Source: Octopus vulgaris (lineage: Eukaryota). Taken from it: a DNA stretch of 64,000 bases. Of the stretch, positions 13,801 to 28,800 are shown piece after piece (the first letter of the stretch is position 1; each line of letters opens with the position of its first letter). The notes beneath the pieces are model-generated. The model did not search any database. It saw nothing but the letters and a program-made list of their open reading frames with translations, and was not told the origin of the DNA. The position numbers and the translations under genes were made by a program. The DNA is taken from contig OX597843.1 of assembly GCA_951406725.2 (NCBI GenBank), forward strand, positions 17,112,001-17,176,000, in the 5' to 3' direction.

Positions 13801-16800
13801 GCAGCTGACTTGGCAGACACACATAAAATTATTATCCATCTTACAAACAATAACTCTGAGCACCTTTTCAAACTCCACCCGTCTAACAACCGAGGACATA
13901 TTTACAAAGTCAGAAAACAGCACAGCTCCCATGACTTTTGGAAACATTTTGTCACTCTAAGAGTTGCTGAAGCATGGAACAAACTGCCAGCATCACAGTT
14001 GTTAGTTGTCGGAGCACTGCATCCTTCAAAACTTCCATGCTTCCTGAGATTCGCCAACACTACACCTGATTTTCTTCCCTCCATACACACACAAGCATGT
14101 ATCTGACAACCAAGAGAATACCCTCCATCAGGCATTTACCATATTCTGAACGCCTTACTTCCCTAGGCATGGACACATTGAAACTCCGACGTCTGGCAGA
14201 TGACTTGGCAGACACCCATAAAATTATCAACCATCTTAGAAGCACCTTTTCAAACTCCACCCGTCTAACACCCGTGGACATATTTACAATGTCAGAAAAC
14301 AGCACAGCTCCCATGACTTTAGGAAACATTTTTTCACGCTGAGAGTTGCTGAAGCATGGAACAAAACTGCCGGCATCAGTTGTTAGTTGTCGGAGCACTG
14401 CATCCTTCAAATCTTCCATGCTTCCTGAGAGATTCGCCAACACTACACCTGATTTTCTCCCTTCCATACACACGCTGAAGCATGGAACAAACTGCCAGCA
14501 TCAGTTGTTAGTTGTTGGAGCACTGCATCCTTCAAAACTTCCATGCTTCCTGAGATTCGCCAACACTACACCTGATTTTCTCCCCTCCATACACACGCTG
14601 AAGCATGGAACAAACTGCCGGCATCAGTTGTTAGGTGTCGGAGCACTGCATCCTTCAAAACTTCCATGCTTCCTGAGAGATTCGCCAACACTACACCTGA
14701 TTTTCTCCCCTCCATACACACGCTGAAGCATGGAACAAACTGCCGGCATCAGTTGTTAGTTGTTGGAGCACTGCATCCTTCAAAACTTTCATTCTTCCTG
14801 AGATTCGACAACACTACACCTGATTTTCTCCCCTCCATACACACGCTGAATCATGGAACAAACTGCCGGCATCAGTTGTTAGTTGTCGGAGCACTGCATT
14901 CTTCAAAACTTCCATGCTTCCTGAGAGATTCGCCAACACTACACCTGATTTTCTCCCCTCCATACACATGCTGAAGCATGGAACAAACTGCCGGCATCAG
15001 TTGTTAGTTGTCGTAGCACTGCATCCTTCAAAACTTCCATGCTTTCCTGAGAGATTCGCCAACACTACACCTGATTTTCTCCCCTCCATACACACGCTGA
15101 AGCATGGAACAAACTGCCGGCATCAGTTGTTAGTTGTCGGAGCACTGCATCCTTCAAAACTTCCATGCTTCCTGAGATTCGCCAACACTACACCTGATTT
15201 TCTCCCCTCCATACACATGCTGAAGCATGGAACAAACTGCCGGCATCAGTTGTTAGTTGTCGGAGCACTGCATCCTTCAAAACTTCCATGCTTCCTGAGA
15301 TTCGCCAACACTACACCTGATTTTCTCCCTCCATACACACGCTGAAGCATGGAACAAACTGCCGGCATCAGTTGTTAGTTGTCGGAGCACTGCATCCTTC
15401 AAAACTTCCATGCTTCCTGAGAGATTCGCCAACACTACACCTGATTTTCTCCCCACCATACTCACGCTGAAGCATGGAACAAACTGCCGGCATCAGTTGT
15501 TAGTTGTCGGAGCACTGCATCCTTCAAAACTTCCATGCTTTCTGAGATTTGCCAACACTACACCTGATTTTCTCCCCTCCATACACACGCTGATGCATGG
15601 AACAAACTGCTGACATCAGTTGTTAGTTTTCGGAGCACTGCATCCTTCAAAACTTCCATGCTTTCTGAGAGATTCACCAACACTACACCTGATTTTCTCC
15701 CCACCATACAAACGCTGAAGCATGGAACAAACTGCCGGCATCAGTTGTTAGTTGTCGGAGCACTGCATCCTTCAAAACTTCCATGCTTCCTGAGATTCGC
15801 CAACACTACACCTGATTTTCTCCCCTCCATACACACGCTGAAGCATGGAACAAACTGCCGGCATCAGTTGTTAGTTGTAGGAGCACTGCATCCTTCAAAA
15901 CTTCCATGCTTCCTGAGAGATTTGCCAACAGTACACCTGATATTTTCCCCTCCATACACACGCTGAAGCATGGAACAAACTGCCAGCATCAGTTGTTAGT
16001 TGTCGGAGCACTGCATCCTTCAAAACTTCCATGCTTCCTGAGAGATTCGCCAACACTACACCTGATTTTCTCCCCTCCATACACATGCTGAAGCATGGAA
16101 CAAACTGCCGGCATCAGTTGTTAGTTGTCAGAGCATGCTTTCTGAGAGATTCGCCAACACTACACCTGATTTTCTCCCCACCATACTCACGCTGAAGCAT
16201 GGAACAAACTGCCGGCATCAGTTGTTAGTTGTCGGAGCACTGCATCCTTCAAAACTTCCATGCTTTCTGAGATTTGCCAACACTACACCTGATTTTTTCG
16301 CCTCCATACACACGCTGAAGCATGGAACAAACTGCCAGCATCAGTTGTTAGTTGTCGGAGCACTGCATCCTTCAAAACTTCCATGCTTCCTGAGATTCGC
16401 CAACACTACACCTGATTTTCTCCCCTCCATACACATGCTGAAGCATGGAACAAACTGCCGGCATCAGTTGTTAGTTGTCAGAGCACTGCATCCTTCAAAA
16501 CTTCCATGCTTTCTGAGAGATTCGCCAACACTACACCTGATTTTCTCCCCTCCATACACACGCTGAATCATGGAACAAACTGCCGGCATCAGTTGTTAGT
16601 TGTCGGAGCACTGCATCCTTCAAAACTTCCATGCTTCCTGAGATTCGCCAACACTACACCTGATTTTCTCCCTCCATACACACGCTGAAGCATGGAACAA
16701 ACTGCCGGCATCAGTTGTTAGTTGTCGGAGCACTGCATCCTTCAAAACTTCCATGCTTTCTGAGAGATTCGCCAACACTACACCTGATTTTCTCCCCTCC

Positions 16801-18490
16801 ATACAAACGCTGAAGCATGGAACAAACTGCCGGCATCAGTTGATAGTTGTCGGAGCACTGCATCCTTCAAAACTTCCATGCTTCCTGAGAGATTCGCCAA
16901 CACTACACCAGATTTTCTCCCCACCATACTCACGCTGAAGCATGGAACAAACTGCCGGCATCAGTTGTTAGTTGTCGGAGCACTGCATCCTTCAAAACTT
17001 CCATGCTTCCTGAGATTCGCCAACACTACACCTGATTTTCTCCCCTCCATACACACGCTGAAGCATGGAATAAACTGCCGGCATCAGTTGTTAGTTGTAG
17101 GAGCACTGCATCCTTCAAAACTTCCATGCTTCCTGAGATTCGCGAACCCTACACCTGATTTTCTCCCCTCCATACAAACGCTGAAGCATGGGACAAACTG
17201 CCAGCATCAGTTGTTAGTTGTCGTAGCACTGCATCCTTCAAAACTTCCATGCTTTCTGAGATTCGCCAACACTACACCTGATTTTCTCCCCTCCATACAC
17301 ACGCTGAAGCATGGAACAAACTGCCGGCATCAGTTGTTAGTTGTCGTAGCACTGCATCCTTCAAAACTTCCATGCTTCCTGAGAGATTCGCCAACACTAC
17401 ACCTGATTTCCTCCCCTTCATACACACACTGAAGCATGGAAAAACTGCCGGCATCAGTTATTAGTTGTCGGAGCACTGCATCCTTCAAAACTTCCATGCT
17501 TCCTGAGAGATTCGCCAAAACTACACCTGATTTTCTCCCCTCCATACACACGCTGAAGCATGGAACAAACTGCCGGCATCAGTTGTTAGTTGTCGGAGCA
17601 CTGCATCCTTCAAAACTTCCATGCTTCCTGAGAGATTCGCCAACACTACACCTGATTTTCTCCCCTCCATACACACGCTGAAGCATGGAACAAACTGCCG
17701 GCATCAGTTGTTAGTTGTCGGAGAACTGCATCCTTCAAAACTTCCATGCTTCCTGAGAGATTCGCCAACACTACACCTGATTTTCTCCCCTCCATACACA
17801 CACAAGCATGTATCTGACTCATACATTGTTCCCTTTCCAGACATTTGTACATTACTGCATATACTTTATATGCACTTTTTGACAAGTTGTGGTGCATCTA
17901 AGCAACTGTATACAATAATTTCATTATTATTATTATAATACACATATATATGGGTGTTTGTGGGTGCATATATTGATGCCTATATGTGAGTGTATGTATG
18001 CATATATATTTGTGTAAGCATGTATATGTGTGTGTCTGTCAGATTTTCTTATTCTGAATCTTGTTTGTGTCTCCCTATCAACTGTTTTTCACTCTCATTG
18101 TTTTTGTTTCATTAGGGAGCTGTTTATTGTGGACTCAGCCTCTTGGCACAAAGTTAGGGGTAAGTCAAACAAGGAACTCTCTCTCTCTACATCTTGTCTC
18201 TTATCTGTTTAACAATCATTCCCCAGCCCTACTAGAGATAACAAAAGCAGCAAAATCTCTCTTTCAAAGCTGTATTTGGGAGCTGCTGCTGATAACAGTG
18301 TATTGATAAATGAATCTCTGCCAATCACAGTAAAGTGAGTCTAATAATAGAGTTTGATGTCACTATGATCTTCAGTGAAGAACGTTCTTGCCTGTAGATT
18401 GCAGTGGCATGAAACTAGTCATGTGATAGAAATTTCCTTTCTTGTATTGAACACTCATCTCTTGTTTGTTTGACACACACACACACACAC

Positions 18491-18539
<49 letters not shown>

Positions 18540-18736
18540 CTGATAACAGTGTATTGATAAATGAATCTCTGCCAATCACAGTAAAGTGAGTCTAATAATA
18601 GAGTTTGATGTCACTATGATCTTCAGTGAAGAACGTTCTTGCCTGTAGATTGCAGTGGCATGAAACTAGTCATGTGATAGAAATTTCCTTTCTTGTATTG
18701 AACACTCATCTCTTGTTTGTTTGACACACACACACA

Positions 18737-18776
<40 letters not shown>

Positions 18777-19202
18777 TACACACGTGCATATATATATATG
18801 TATATATATATATACACACACACTTGTATTTATATATACATATATACACGCGCACACACACACAGAAATATTGGTATGATCAATATATGAATTTAATACA
18901 TTCTTACTAATCGTTTCATGATAGATTTAATTTGATCAACTTTCAGCCAATTTAAGATCATGGCCCTTTAATGAAGGCATACTGTCTGATATAATTTACA
19001 ATATGCATAACTATTTTCCTATTAACTGCAACGACACAAGTGTTGCAAGGAGGACAACTCTATTAAACCTTATCTCTACTGAGTAGTTTTCCTCAGGTTT
19101 TACAAAATTTAAGCAGATATCAGAATCAATAAAACAGTGAGAAAAGTTTTAGAAATTATACTTAGATCACGGAAAATAAAACTTTGTGTTCTTGTTGTTG
19201 TT

Positions 19203-19238
<36 letters not shown>

Positions 19239-22200
19239 TGATAGTGTTGATGGGAGTCTGGAGAGAAAAAAAAGTCCAAAAGTAAATAAAAAGAAAGTGT
19301 TTGGTAGATTAATGTTAACTTGTGGCTGATATGTATTTCCAAAATCTCAACAGGTACTTGTGGTAGTGGCAGAATTTTGTAAAGAGCTCTGATCTACATC
19401 AATATCATCATAATTATCATTTAACATCTGTTTTTTATGCTGGCAAGAGCTAGATGGTTTGACAGAGAATAGCCAGCCAGAGAGCTGCCCAGGCTACTGT
19501 TGTCTGTTTTGGTAGGGTTTCTATGGCTGGATCCCCTTCCTAATGTCAACCACTTTACAGAGTGTACTAGCTCCTTTTTATGTGACACTGGTCTGGGTGC
19601 CTTTTACACGGTGCCAGCATGTGTGCTAATCACTTTGCACTGGCATGAGTGCTTACATCTTCATCATCATCATCATTTAACGTCAGCTTTCCATGCTGGC
19701 ATGGGTTGGACGGTTCAACTGGGGTCTGGGAAGCCAGAAGGCTGCACCAGGCCCAGTCTGATCTGGCAATGTTTCTATGGCTGGATGCCCTTCCTAACGC
19801 CAACCACTCCATGAGTGTAGTGGGTGCTTTTTACGTGCCACCTGCACAGGTGCCAGACGGGGCTGGCAAACGGCCATGGTCGGATGGTGCTTTTTTACGT
19901 GACACTGGCACGGGGTCCAGGTGAGGCTGACAACGGCCACGATCGGATGGTGTTCTTTATGTGCCACCGGCACGGGGTCCAGGCGAGGCTGACAACGGCC
20001 ATGGTCGGATGGTGCTTTTTTACGTGACACTGGCACGGGGGCCAGGCGAGGCTGACAACGGCCACGATCGGATGGTGTTCTTTATGTGCCACCGGCACGG
20101 GGTCCAGGCGAGGCTGACAACGGCCACGATCGGATGGTGTTCTTTATGTGCCACCGGCACGGGGTCCAGGCGAGGCTGACAACGGCCACGATCGGATGGT
20201 GTTCTTTATGTGCCACCGGCACGGGGTCCAGGCGAGGCTGACAACGGCCACGATCGGATGGTGTTCTTTATGTGCCACCGGCACGGGGTCCAGGCGAGGC
20301 TGACAACGGCCACGATCGGATGGTGCCTTTTACGTGCCACCGGCACGGGGGCCAGGCCAGGCTGGCAACTTGTGTTCAGATAATTATCAGAATGGTTGAT
20401 GTTAGAAAATTACTATTTTAAAATCTCACAGCAAGAGATATTCAGCAACAGTACTGTGTAGTATAGATTGTTTGCCAACATAACATGGCAATCCTGGTTT
20501 AGGACAAATGTTGCTGTAATTTAGCCCCAGGAGACAGTCTCCTGCTAGCTATACGACACGATCTGTGTCCTTCTATTTTCGAACAAGGGAATCTAGCACC
20601 CCTACTCAGCTCAAAACAATATCTGTGTATTGCGATTTCCAATATTATTTTGAGTTGAGTGGGGATAGTGTTTTGAGCTTAGTGGAGGTGCTAGATTCTC
20701 TTGTTTGAAAATATAAGGACACAGATCATGTCATATATATCCAGCTGGAGATGATGTCTCCTGGGGCTAAATTACAGTAACATTCTTCCTAGACCGGAAT
20801 TGCCATGTTATGTTGCCAATCAATCTTTATTACATGGTTGATGTTATTTATGATTAGCCTTTTCTCAGCTGTGCATAATTTACATGTTTTAGAACCATTC
20901 ATGCATAAGTTTGCCTTTTCGGGTTTTCCACTTCATTTCAAAGTCATCATCCTGGGCCTACGTCATCCACCGAATTATTGCATTCGGGAGGGTGAAGTGA
21001 GGATGACATCAGGACTCGTGAGTTGCTTCTGTACAAAGATTCTGAAGATTCTGAGGTATCCTCAGTCCAGTCCCCACCCCCAAAAATGCTGTAAAACAGC
21101 AAAGAAAAAGGGTTACTTTTCTTCCCCAATATCATTTTTGTGTTCTTTAACCCTTTAGCATTTAAACCAGCCATATCTGGCCAAAATGTTCAAACTGGCT
21201 AGAACTGGCCTCTCACACCAACCCTACAATATCATTCTAAAAGTTAATATTGGGTCATCCCATAAATAATGGGGGTTTTTTTATACTTCTTTTATTTTTC
21301 AAAATTAAAATAAAGTTCTTTTTTAATCTGAAATATACTCCCCTTCATTTTCTACAATACTCTTCCATCTCTCTGGTAGACTTGCAAGGCCCCTCTTCTA
21401 AAATTCACTTGTTCATGACGAAAAATACTTTGTCTTCAGAATTCATATTTTTTTCTGTCCAAGTAATTTTGAAGACTGATAATTGATAATCAGATGGGGC
21501 AGTGTCTGGCAAATATGGTGGGTGGGGGCATTGTTTCCCATTCAAACTGCTCTGGCCTTTGGAATGTCATCCTCGCTGTATGTGGCCAAGCATTATCCTG
21601 ATGGAAGAATACCTTCCGTCTTGAAACCAAAGATGGTTGTTTTCCTTTAGGCACTGACTTGAACGACCGAATCCAAGCATCTCTGCTAGTTCCTCAACAG
21701 TTACAATGGGATTTTGTCCCACCAGAGTTTGCAGGACATCCTTGTCAAGCTCTACAGATCTTCCAGGATGAGACTCATTTTCATAGCTGTAGTTTCCGTC
21801 TCGGAATTTCTGGAAACACCGTTGACACTGACTTACGCTTATTGTCCAATCCCCATCATCATCATCATCATCATCGTTTAACGTCCGTTTTCCGTGCTAG
21901 CATGGGTTGGACGGTGCAACTGGGGTCTGGGAAGCCAGAAGGCTGCACCAGGCTCCAATCTGATCTGGCAGTGTTTCTACAGCTGGATGCCCTTCCTAAC
22001 GCCAACCACTCCATGAGTGTAGTGGGTGTTTCTTACATGCCACCTGCACAGGTGCCGGACGAGGCTGGCAAACGGCCATGATCGGATGGTGCATTTTACG
22101 TGCCACCGGCACGGGGGCCAGATGAGGCTGGCAAACGGCCACGATCGGATGGTGCTCTTTACGTGCCACCGGCACGGGGGCCAGACGAGGCTGGCAAACG

Positions 22201-25200
22201 GCCACGATCGGATGGTGCTTTTTACATGCCACCGGCACTGTATTAATATTCTTCGCACTTTCCGTTGCGTTGTTACCTTTATTGAACTCTTAAAGCAGAA
22301 TATGCCAAATATGCTCCTTTGTCACTTCCATTATAGCTTTGAAAAAAACAAATGTTAAAATCGAACTGCACTCTTCAAAGCTTGCACTAAGAATAAGGAC
22401 AAGGTAAAATTACTACCTGCATTTATAGCCAGTTGATGCAGGTAGTTTATCCTGTCTCCCTTGGACTTTTAGTTCATGCAATTGAAAAAAGAATGCATTA
22501 TTTATGGGATGACCCAACAGTTACCTCATCAAAATTTCAAAGCTACAAGATAATGTATAATGAATTTATATCAATGTGAATAAATAAGAATTGCTTTTGC
22601 GAGAATGATGCAAATTCTAAAGTGTTAATGTATTAATTACTCCTTCATCTTCTTTCCATAATCAACAATAATCACCAAAGGTCACTTCAAATTCCAATAA
22701 TTGCATTGACTCTTTCCCTCATCGACAGGTTCCCAGATGATTATGTCAATGAAAATTATCTCATTAGCATTTGATGTCAGTGACCCTGCTGTCAGCTTTC
22801 TCCCGGACATCTGGCAGTACCACGGTTATGTGTTCAACGTTGGTACCGTGATCTTTGGGCCATGGATCAGTTTCCACCAGTACTGTACCATCACCCAGCA
22901 AAGTGTCAGACCAATGGTGAGTGTTATCTATTTAACCTTTTGTAGCCATATTTTTGTTTAAATACTCTGCTTCGTTTCAATTCATGTTGGAAATAACGAA
23001 GGATTTAGTGAAATTATTTTAGCATCATTAATCATTTTACTCTTTACTCTTTTACTTGTTTCAGTCATTTGACTGCGGCCATGCTGGAGCACCGCCTTTT
23101 TAGTCGAGCAAATCGACCCCAGGACTTATTCTTTGTAAGCCCAGTACTTATTCTATCGGTCTCTATTGCCGAACCGCTGAGTCACGGGGACGTAAACACA
23201 CCAGCATCGGTTGTCAAGCAATGCCAGGGGGACAAACACAGACACGCAAACACACACACGCATATATACATACACATATACATATATACAACGGGCTTCT
23301 TTCAGTTTCTGTCTACCAAATCCACTCACAAGGCTTTGGTCGGCCTGAGGCTATAGTAGAAGACACTTGCCCAAGATGCCACGCAGTGGGACTGAACCTG
23401 GAACCATGTGGTTGGTGAGTAAGCTACTTACCACACAGCCCCTCTTGCGCCCATTTGGTTAGAACATAGCATGAAATTTGGATGGTAGATTCACCCAGCA
23501 TTGGCACAGGTGCATTTACACAGTACCAGCACAGGTGCATTTGTGCAGCACTAGCACAGGTGCGTTTACGTAGCACTGACACAGGTGTGTTTACCAGCAT
23601 TGGCACAGATGCATTTGTGCAGCACTAGCACAGGTGCGTTTACGCAGCACTGACACAGGTGCATTTGTGCAGCAGCGGCACAGGTGCATTTATCCAGCAT
23701 TGGCACAGGTGCATTTACACAGTACCAGCACAGGTGCATTCATGCAGCACTGATACAGGTGCATTTTACATGGCACCAGCACCTGTAACGGGCAAGCCTG
23801 TATGTATGGATTGCATGATCTTACATAGTTTGACAGGTCTCTTCATCATCATCATCATCGTTTAACGTCCGTTCTCCATGCTAGCATGGGTTGGACGGTT
23901 CGACCGGGATCTGGGAAGCCAGAAGGCTGCACCAGGCTCCGGTCTTATCTGGCAAAGTTTCTACAGCTGGATGCCCTTCCTAACGCCAACCACTCCGTGA
24001 GTGTAGTGGGTGCTTTTTACGTGCAGCAAATTGCCACAACACCTGGCCTCTTGTCAGTTCCTCAGTAAGGCCCAGCAGGATTAAAAAAATAAAGCATGAC
24101 CCCAAAAAATAAATAAACCAGGGGTTTAATATGGTAGGTGGGCAGTGAGACAAAGAGATGGGTAGATGGATAGGTGAATATTTGAGTGGGTATATAAAAG
24201 GGTGGATGGAGTGAGAGGCAGATATATGGATGGGTCAGAAAGAGTGAGAGAGAAAGAGACAGAAAGAGTGAGAGAGAGAGACAGACAGACAGAAAGTGCG
24301 AGAGAGAAAGAGTGAGCGAGAGACAGAAAGAGTGAGAGAGACAGAAAGAGCGAGAGAGACAGAAAGAGCGAGAGAGAGCGAAAGAGTGAGAGACAGAAAG
24401 AGCAAAAGAGAGAGACAGACAGACAGAAAGTGCGAGAAAGAGAGAGAGACAGAGAGAGTGAGAGTGAGAGACAGAAAAAGCAAGAGAGACAGAAAGAGAG
24501 AGTGAGAGAGGGAGACAGAAAGAGCAAGAGAGAGAGAGAGTATCTATTAATGGGACACAAGGGGCATGAACACTTTCTCCTCATTTGATAGGACCATAAG
24601 GACAAGGTGCCTGAGGAGTCTACCCCCCACGAGCCTTCCAGGAATAGTGGGTAGAGAAGATGGGAGGATGGATATCATCATCATCATCATTTAATATCCA
24701 TTCTCCATGCTGGTATGAGTTGGACAGTTTGACAAGAGCTGCCTTGGTTCCATGTGTTTTGGCATGGTTTCTACAGCTGGGTACCCTTCCTAATGCCAAC
24801 CACTTTACAGAGTGTACTGGGTGCCTTTAATGTTTTTACATGGCACCAGCATTGTGTGTGTAGCTGTGTCCTCTTTTATCTGTGTCTTTTTCTCTTTACA
24901 GAATTTACACTGGTTGTTCAAGTTAACCAAAAGCATTCTCTCAGCTTTAATATGTTTGGTGATGTCCACTTGTGCTGTTGGCTGGCTTATACAGGACCAC
25001 CACTGGAAGTAAGTAGCAGGCAAACTGAAATATTTGTGTGTGTATCCTTTGGAACTAAGCAATATCTTCTATTTTCCAGACTGGTCATTCTGGCACATCT
25101 CTCTCACCGTCCTCTGGGTCAGCGCCTTTTCCATTTTGTCTCCATCTTCTCATCTTCATTTGGATATGCTGTGCTTGAGAAAACTCGAGAAGCCAAGTGA

Positions 25201-25850
25201 GACCATAACCCATGACCTATGCCAGTGGGTGTAACGAGCCCACTTATGAGTACCCCTCATTGGACGATAAACTTTGCTTGCAAAGACCTGATGAGGCAAG
25301 TGAAATCAAAATCCCTGACATAGCTGATGACTGTACTGCCTGATTGGCACTTGTGCCAGTGGAACATTAAAAGCACCATCCGAGTGTGATCGTTGCCAGG
25401 GCCGCTGATTGGCTCCTGTGCCAGTGGCATGTAAAAAACACCATGAAGTGTGATCGTTGCCTGTGCCACCAGACTGGCTCCCATGAAGGTAGCAAGTAAA
25501 AAACACCTTTCGAGCGTGGTTGTTGCCAGAACTGCCTGACTGGCCCTCGTGCCAGTGGCACGTAAAAGCACTCTCTACACTCTTAGAATGGCTGGTGTTA
25601 GGAAGGGCATTCAGCTGCAGAAAGTTTGCCAGACCAGATTGGAGCCTTTTGGATAGACATCAATGTTTTGAAAATAATCATAACATAGGTGCAGGAGTGG
25701 CTGTGTGGTAAGTAGCTTGTTTACCAACCACATGGTTCCGGGTTCAGTCCCACTGCGTGGCACCTTGGGCAAGTGTCTTCTACTATAGCCTCGGGCCGAC
25801 CAAAGCCTTGTGAGTGGATTTGGTAGATGGAAACTGAAAGAGGCCTGTCT

Positions 25851-25891
<41 letters not shown>

Positions 25892-28800
25892 GCGTTTGTG
25901 TGTTTGTGTGTCCCCCAACATCACCTGACAACCGATGCTGGTATGTTTATGTCTCTGTTACTTAGCGGTTCGGCAAAAGAGACCGATAGAATAAGTACTT
26001 GGCTTACAAAAAGAATAAGTCCTGGGGTCGAGTTGCTCGATTAAAGGCTGTGCTCCAGCATGGCCGCAGTCAAATGACTGAAACAAGTAAAAGAGTAAAG
26101 AGTAAGGGACAAATCCTGGGTCCGTGGCTATAGCCTCAAAACCAAAGCTCAGCCTTCGCAATGGAAGATCCCCAACAAGGTTCCAGACCCATGCAATGAG
26201 GTAGTTGCTCACTACCCCAAGCAACAAGTCCAAGGGATGCTTACATCAATGGAAAGGATGCTGGATAAAGTGTGTGGTTTCAGAAGGGAACTACTTAGGA
26301 GATTAAATGACAAATTGATATGTGGAGGTGCATGGCTCAGTGGTTAGTGTCAGGCTCATGAGATAGTGAGTTCAATTCCCAGACTTGGCTGTGTGTTGTG
26401 TTCTTGAGCAAGACACTTTATTTCACGTTGCTCCAGTTAACTCAGCTGTAGAAATGAGTTGCGACGTCACTAAGGCAGCGAGCTGGCAGAAACGTTAGCA
26501 CGCCAGGCGAAATGCGTAGTCGTATTTCGTCTGGCATTACGATGTGAGTTCAAATTCCACCGAGGTCGACTTTACTTTTTATCCTTTTGGGATCGATTAA
26601 ATAAGTACCAGTTACGCGCTGGGGTCGATATAACCAGCTTAATCCGTTTGTCTCACCTTGTTTGTCCCCTCTATATTTAGCCCCTTGTGGGTAATAAAGA
26701 AATAGGTATTTTGTCTGCCGTTATGTTCTGAGTTCAAATTCCACCAAGGTCGACTTTACTTTTCATCCTTTTGGGGTCGATTAAATAAGTACCAGTTATG
26801 CGCTGGGGTCGATGTAATCAACTTAATCCGTTTGTCTGTCCTTGTTTGTCCCCTCTGTGTTTAGCCCCTTGTGGGTAATAAACGAATAACTAGTGCCAAG
26901 CTGTATCGGCCCCTTTGCCTTTCCCTTGGATAACATCAGTGGTGTGGAAAGGGGCAGCTGGTATGCATGGGTGACTGCTGGTCTTCCATAAACAACCTTG
27001 CCTGGACTTGTGCCTCAGAGGGTAACTTTCTAAGGGCAATCCCATGGTCATACATTGCCAAAGGGAGGTCTTTACCCTTGTACCCTTCATCATCATCGTT
27101 TAACGTCCGCTTTCCATGCTGGCATGGGTTGGACGGTTTGACTGAGGACTGGCGAGCCAAAAGACAGCACCAGGCTCAATCTGATCTGGCAAACTTTCTA
27201 CAGCTGGATGCCCTTCTTAATGCCTACCACTCCGAGTGTGTAATGGGTGCTTTTATGTGCCACCAGCACAAGGGCCAGTCAGGTGGTTCTGGTAACGACC
27301 ATGCTCGAAAGGAGTTTTTTACTTGCTACCTTCATGGGAGCTCATCCAGCGGCACTGGCAATGACCATGCTCAAATGTTGTTTTTCACGTGCCACCAGCA
27401 TGTGCCAGTAAGGCGGCGCTGGCAACGATCATTCTCGGGTGGTGCTTTTTACATGTCACCAGCACAGGAGCCAATCAGCGGCCCTGGCAACGATCACGCT
27501 CAGATGGTGCTTTTAAAGTTCCACTGGTATGAGTGCCAATCAAGTGGTACTGTCATCGGCCACGTCAGTGATTTTGATTTCACTTGCCTCAACAGGTCAT
27601 TGCAAGCAAGGTTTATTGTCCAATGAATGAAGGGTATTCGTAAGTGGGCTAGTTACACCCACTGGCATAGGCCATGGGTTTTAGTCTCACTTGGCTTGTT
27701 GGTTCTTCTCCAACACAGCATATCTCCACAAAGGTCTCGTCACTTGTCATTGCCTTGGTAAGGCCCAATGTTCGAAGGTCATGCTTCACCACCCCATCCC
27801 AGGTTTTCCTGAGTCTACCTCTTCCACAGGTTCCCTCAACTGCTAGGATGTGACACTTTTTCACACAGCTGTCCTCATTCATTGGCAACACATGACCAGA
27901 CCAGTGCAGTCGTCTCTCTTGCACATCACATCTGATGCTTCTTAAATCAAACTTTTCTCTCAGGGCGCTTACACTCAGTCATGTATGCACACTGGCATTT
28001 TATCATCATCATCGTTTAATGTCTGTTTTCCGCACTAGCACGGGTTGGACAATTCAACCGGGGTCTGGGAAGCCAGGGGTTGCACCAGGCTCCAGTCTGA
28101 TCTGGCAGTGTTTCTACAGCTGGATGCCCTTCCTAACGCCAACCACTCCGCGAGTGTAGTGGGTGCTTTTTACGTGCCAGGGGAGTCTGGCAGCGGCCAC
28201 GATTGGTTGGTGCTTTTAACGTGCCACTGGCACGGAAGCCAGTCAAGGCAGCACTGGCATCGGCCACGTTCGGATGGTGCTTTTTATGTGCCACTGGCTC
28301 AGGTATCACAACTACTATTTCCATTGATATTTACTTCGATGTTCATGTACTTGACTCAATAGGTCTCCTCAAGCACAGCGGGATGTTCTGAAATCCAAAG
28401 GTACTTTGAATGGGCTGGGGCTATGCGGAACTGGTGCAGGAAGCAGCCCGGGTCTTTGCAGTCACAACATATCTCCAGAGATCTCGGTCCTTCGTCATTG
28501 CCTCTGTGAGGCCCAACGCTCTTTATATTTATATAGGAGCTTACTTTCAAATGTGGGGCCTACTTTCAAAACTGGTATAAGTGCATATTTGGATGATTTC
28601 ATGATAACCCTTAAAACCCAAATCTGCAAGCTTTGTGCATAAAATTTCTATTCAGTCAAACTGGGATAGATGCCATACAGAGAGTAAGGCAAATCTTAGT
28701 CTTCCAATCAAAATCAGATATATTCATCCTACCTTTATTACTCAAGTGGAGTGAGGTAATAGGTAGATGAACATGAGGTACTTGTATATACCTCTAGGCT

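Noticed and set aside
14349-17800. CRISPR-like or repeat-protein reading of this array (and of 38471-39620)
   Set aside because: Units are head-to-tail with no unique spacers, frames shift between units, there are no cas genes, and the context is a eukaryotic intron.
25288-25308. CTGATGAGGCAAGTGAAATC as a hammerhead core
   Set aside because: Other copies of this RTE 3' UTR read CTGTTGAGG, and there is no stem II/III or cleavage triplet.
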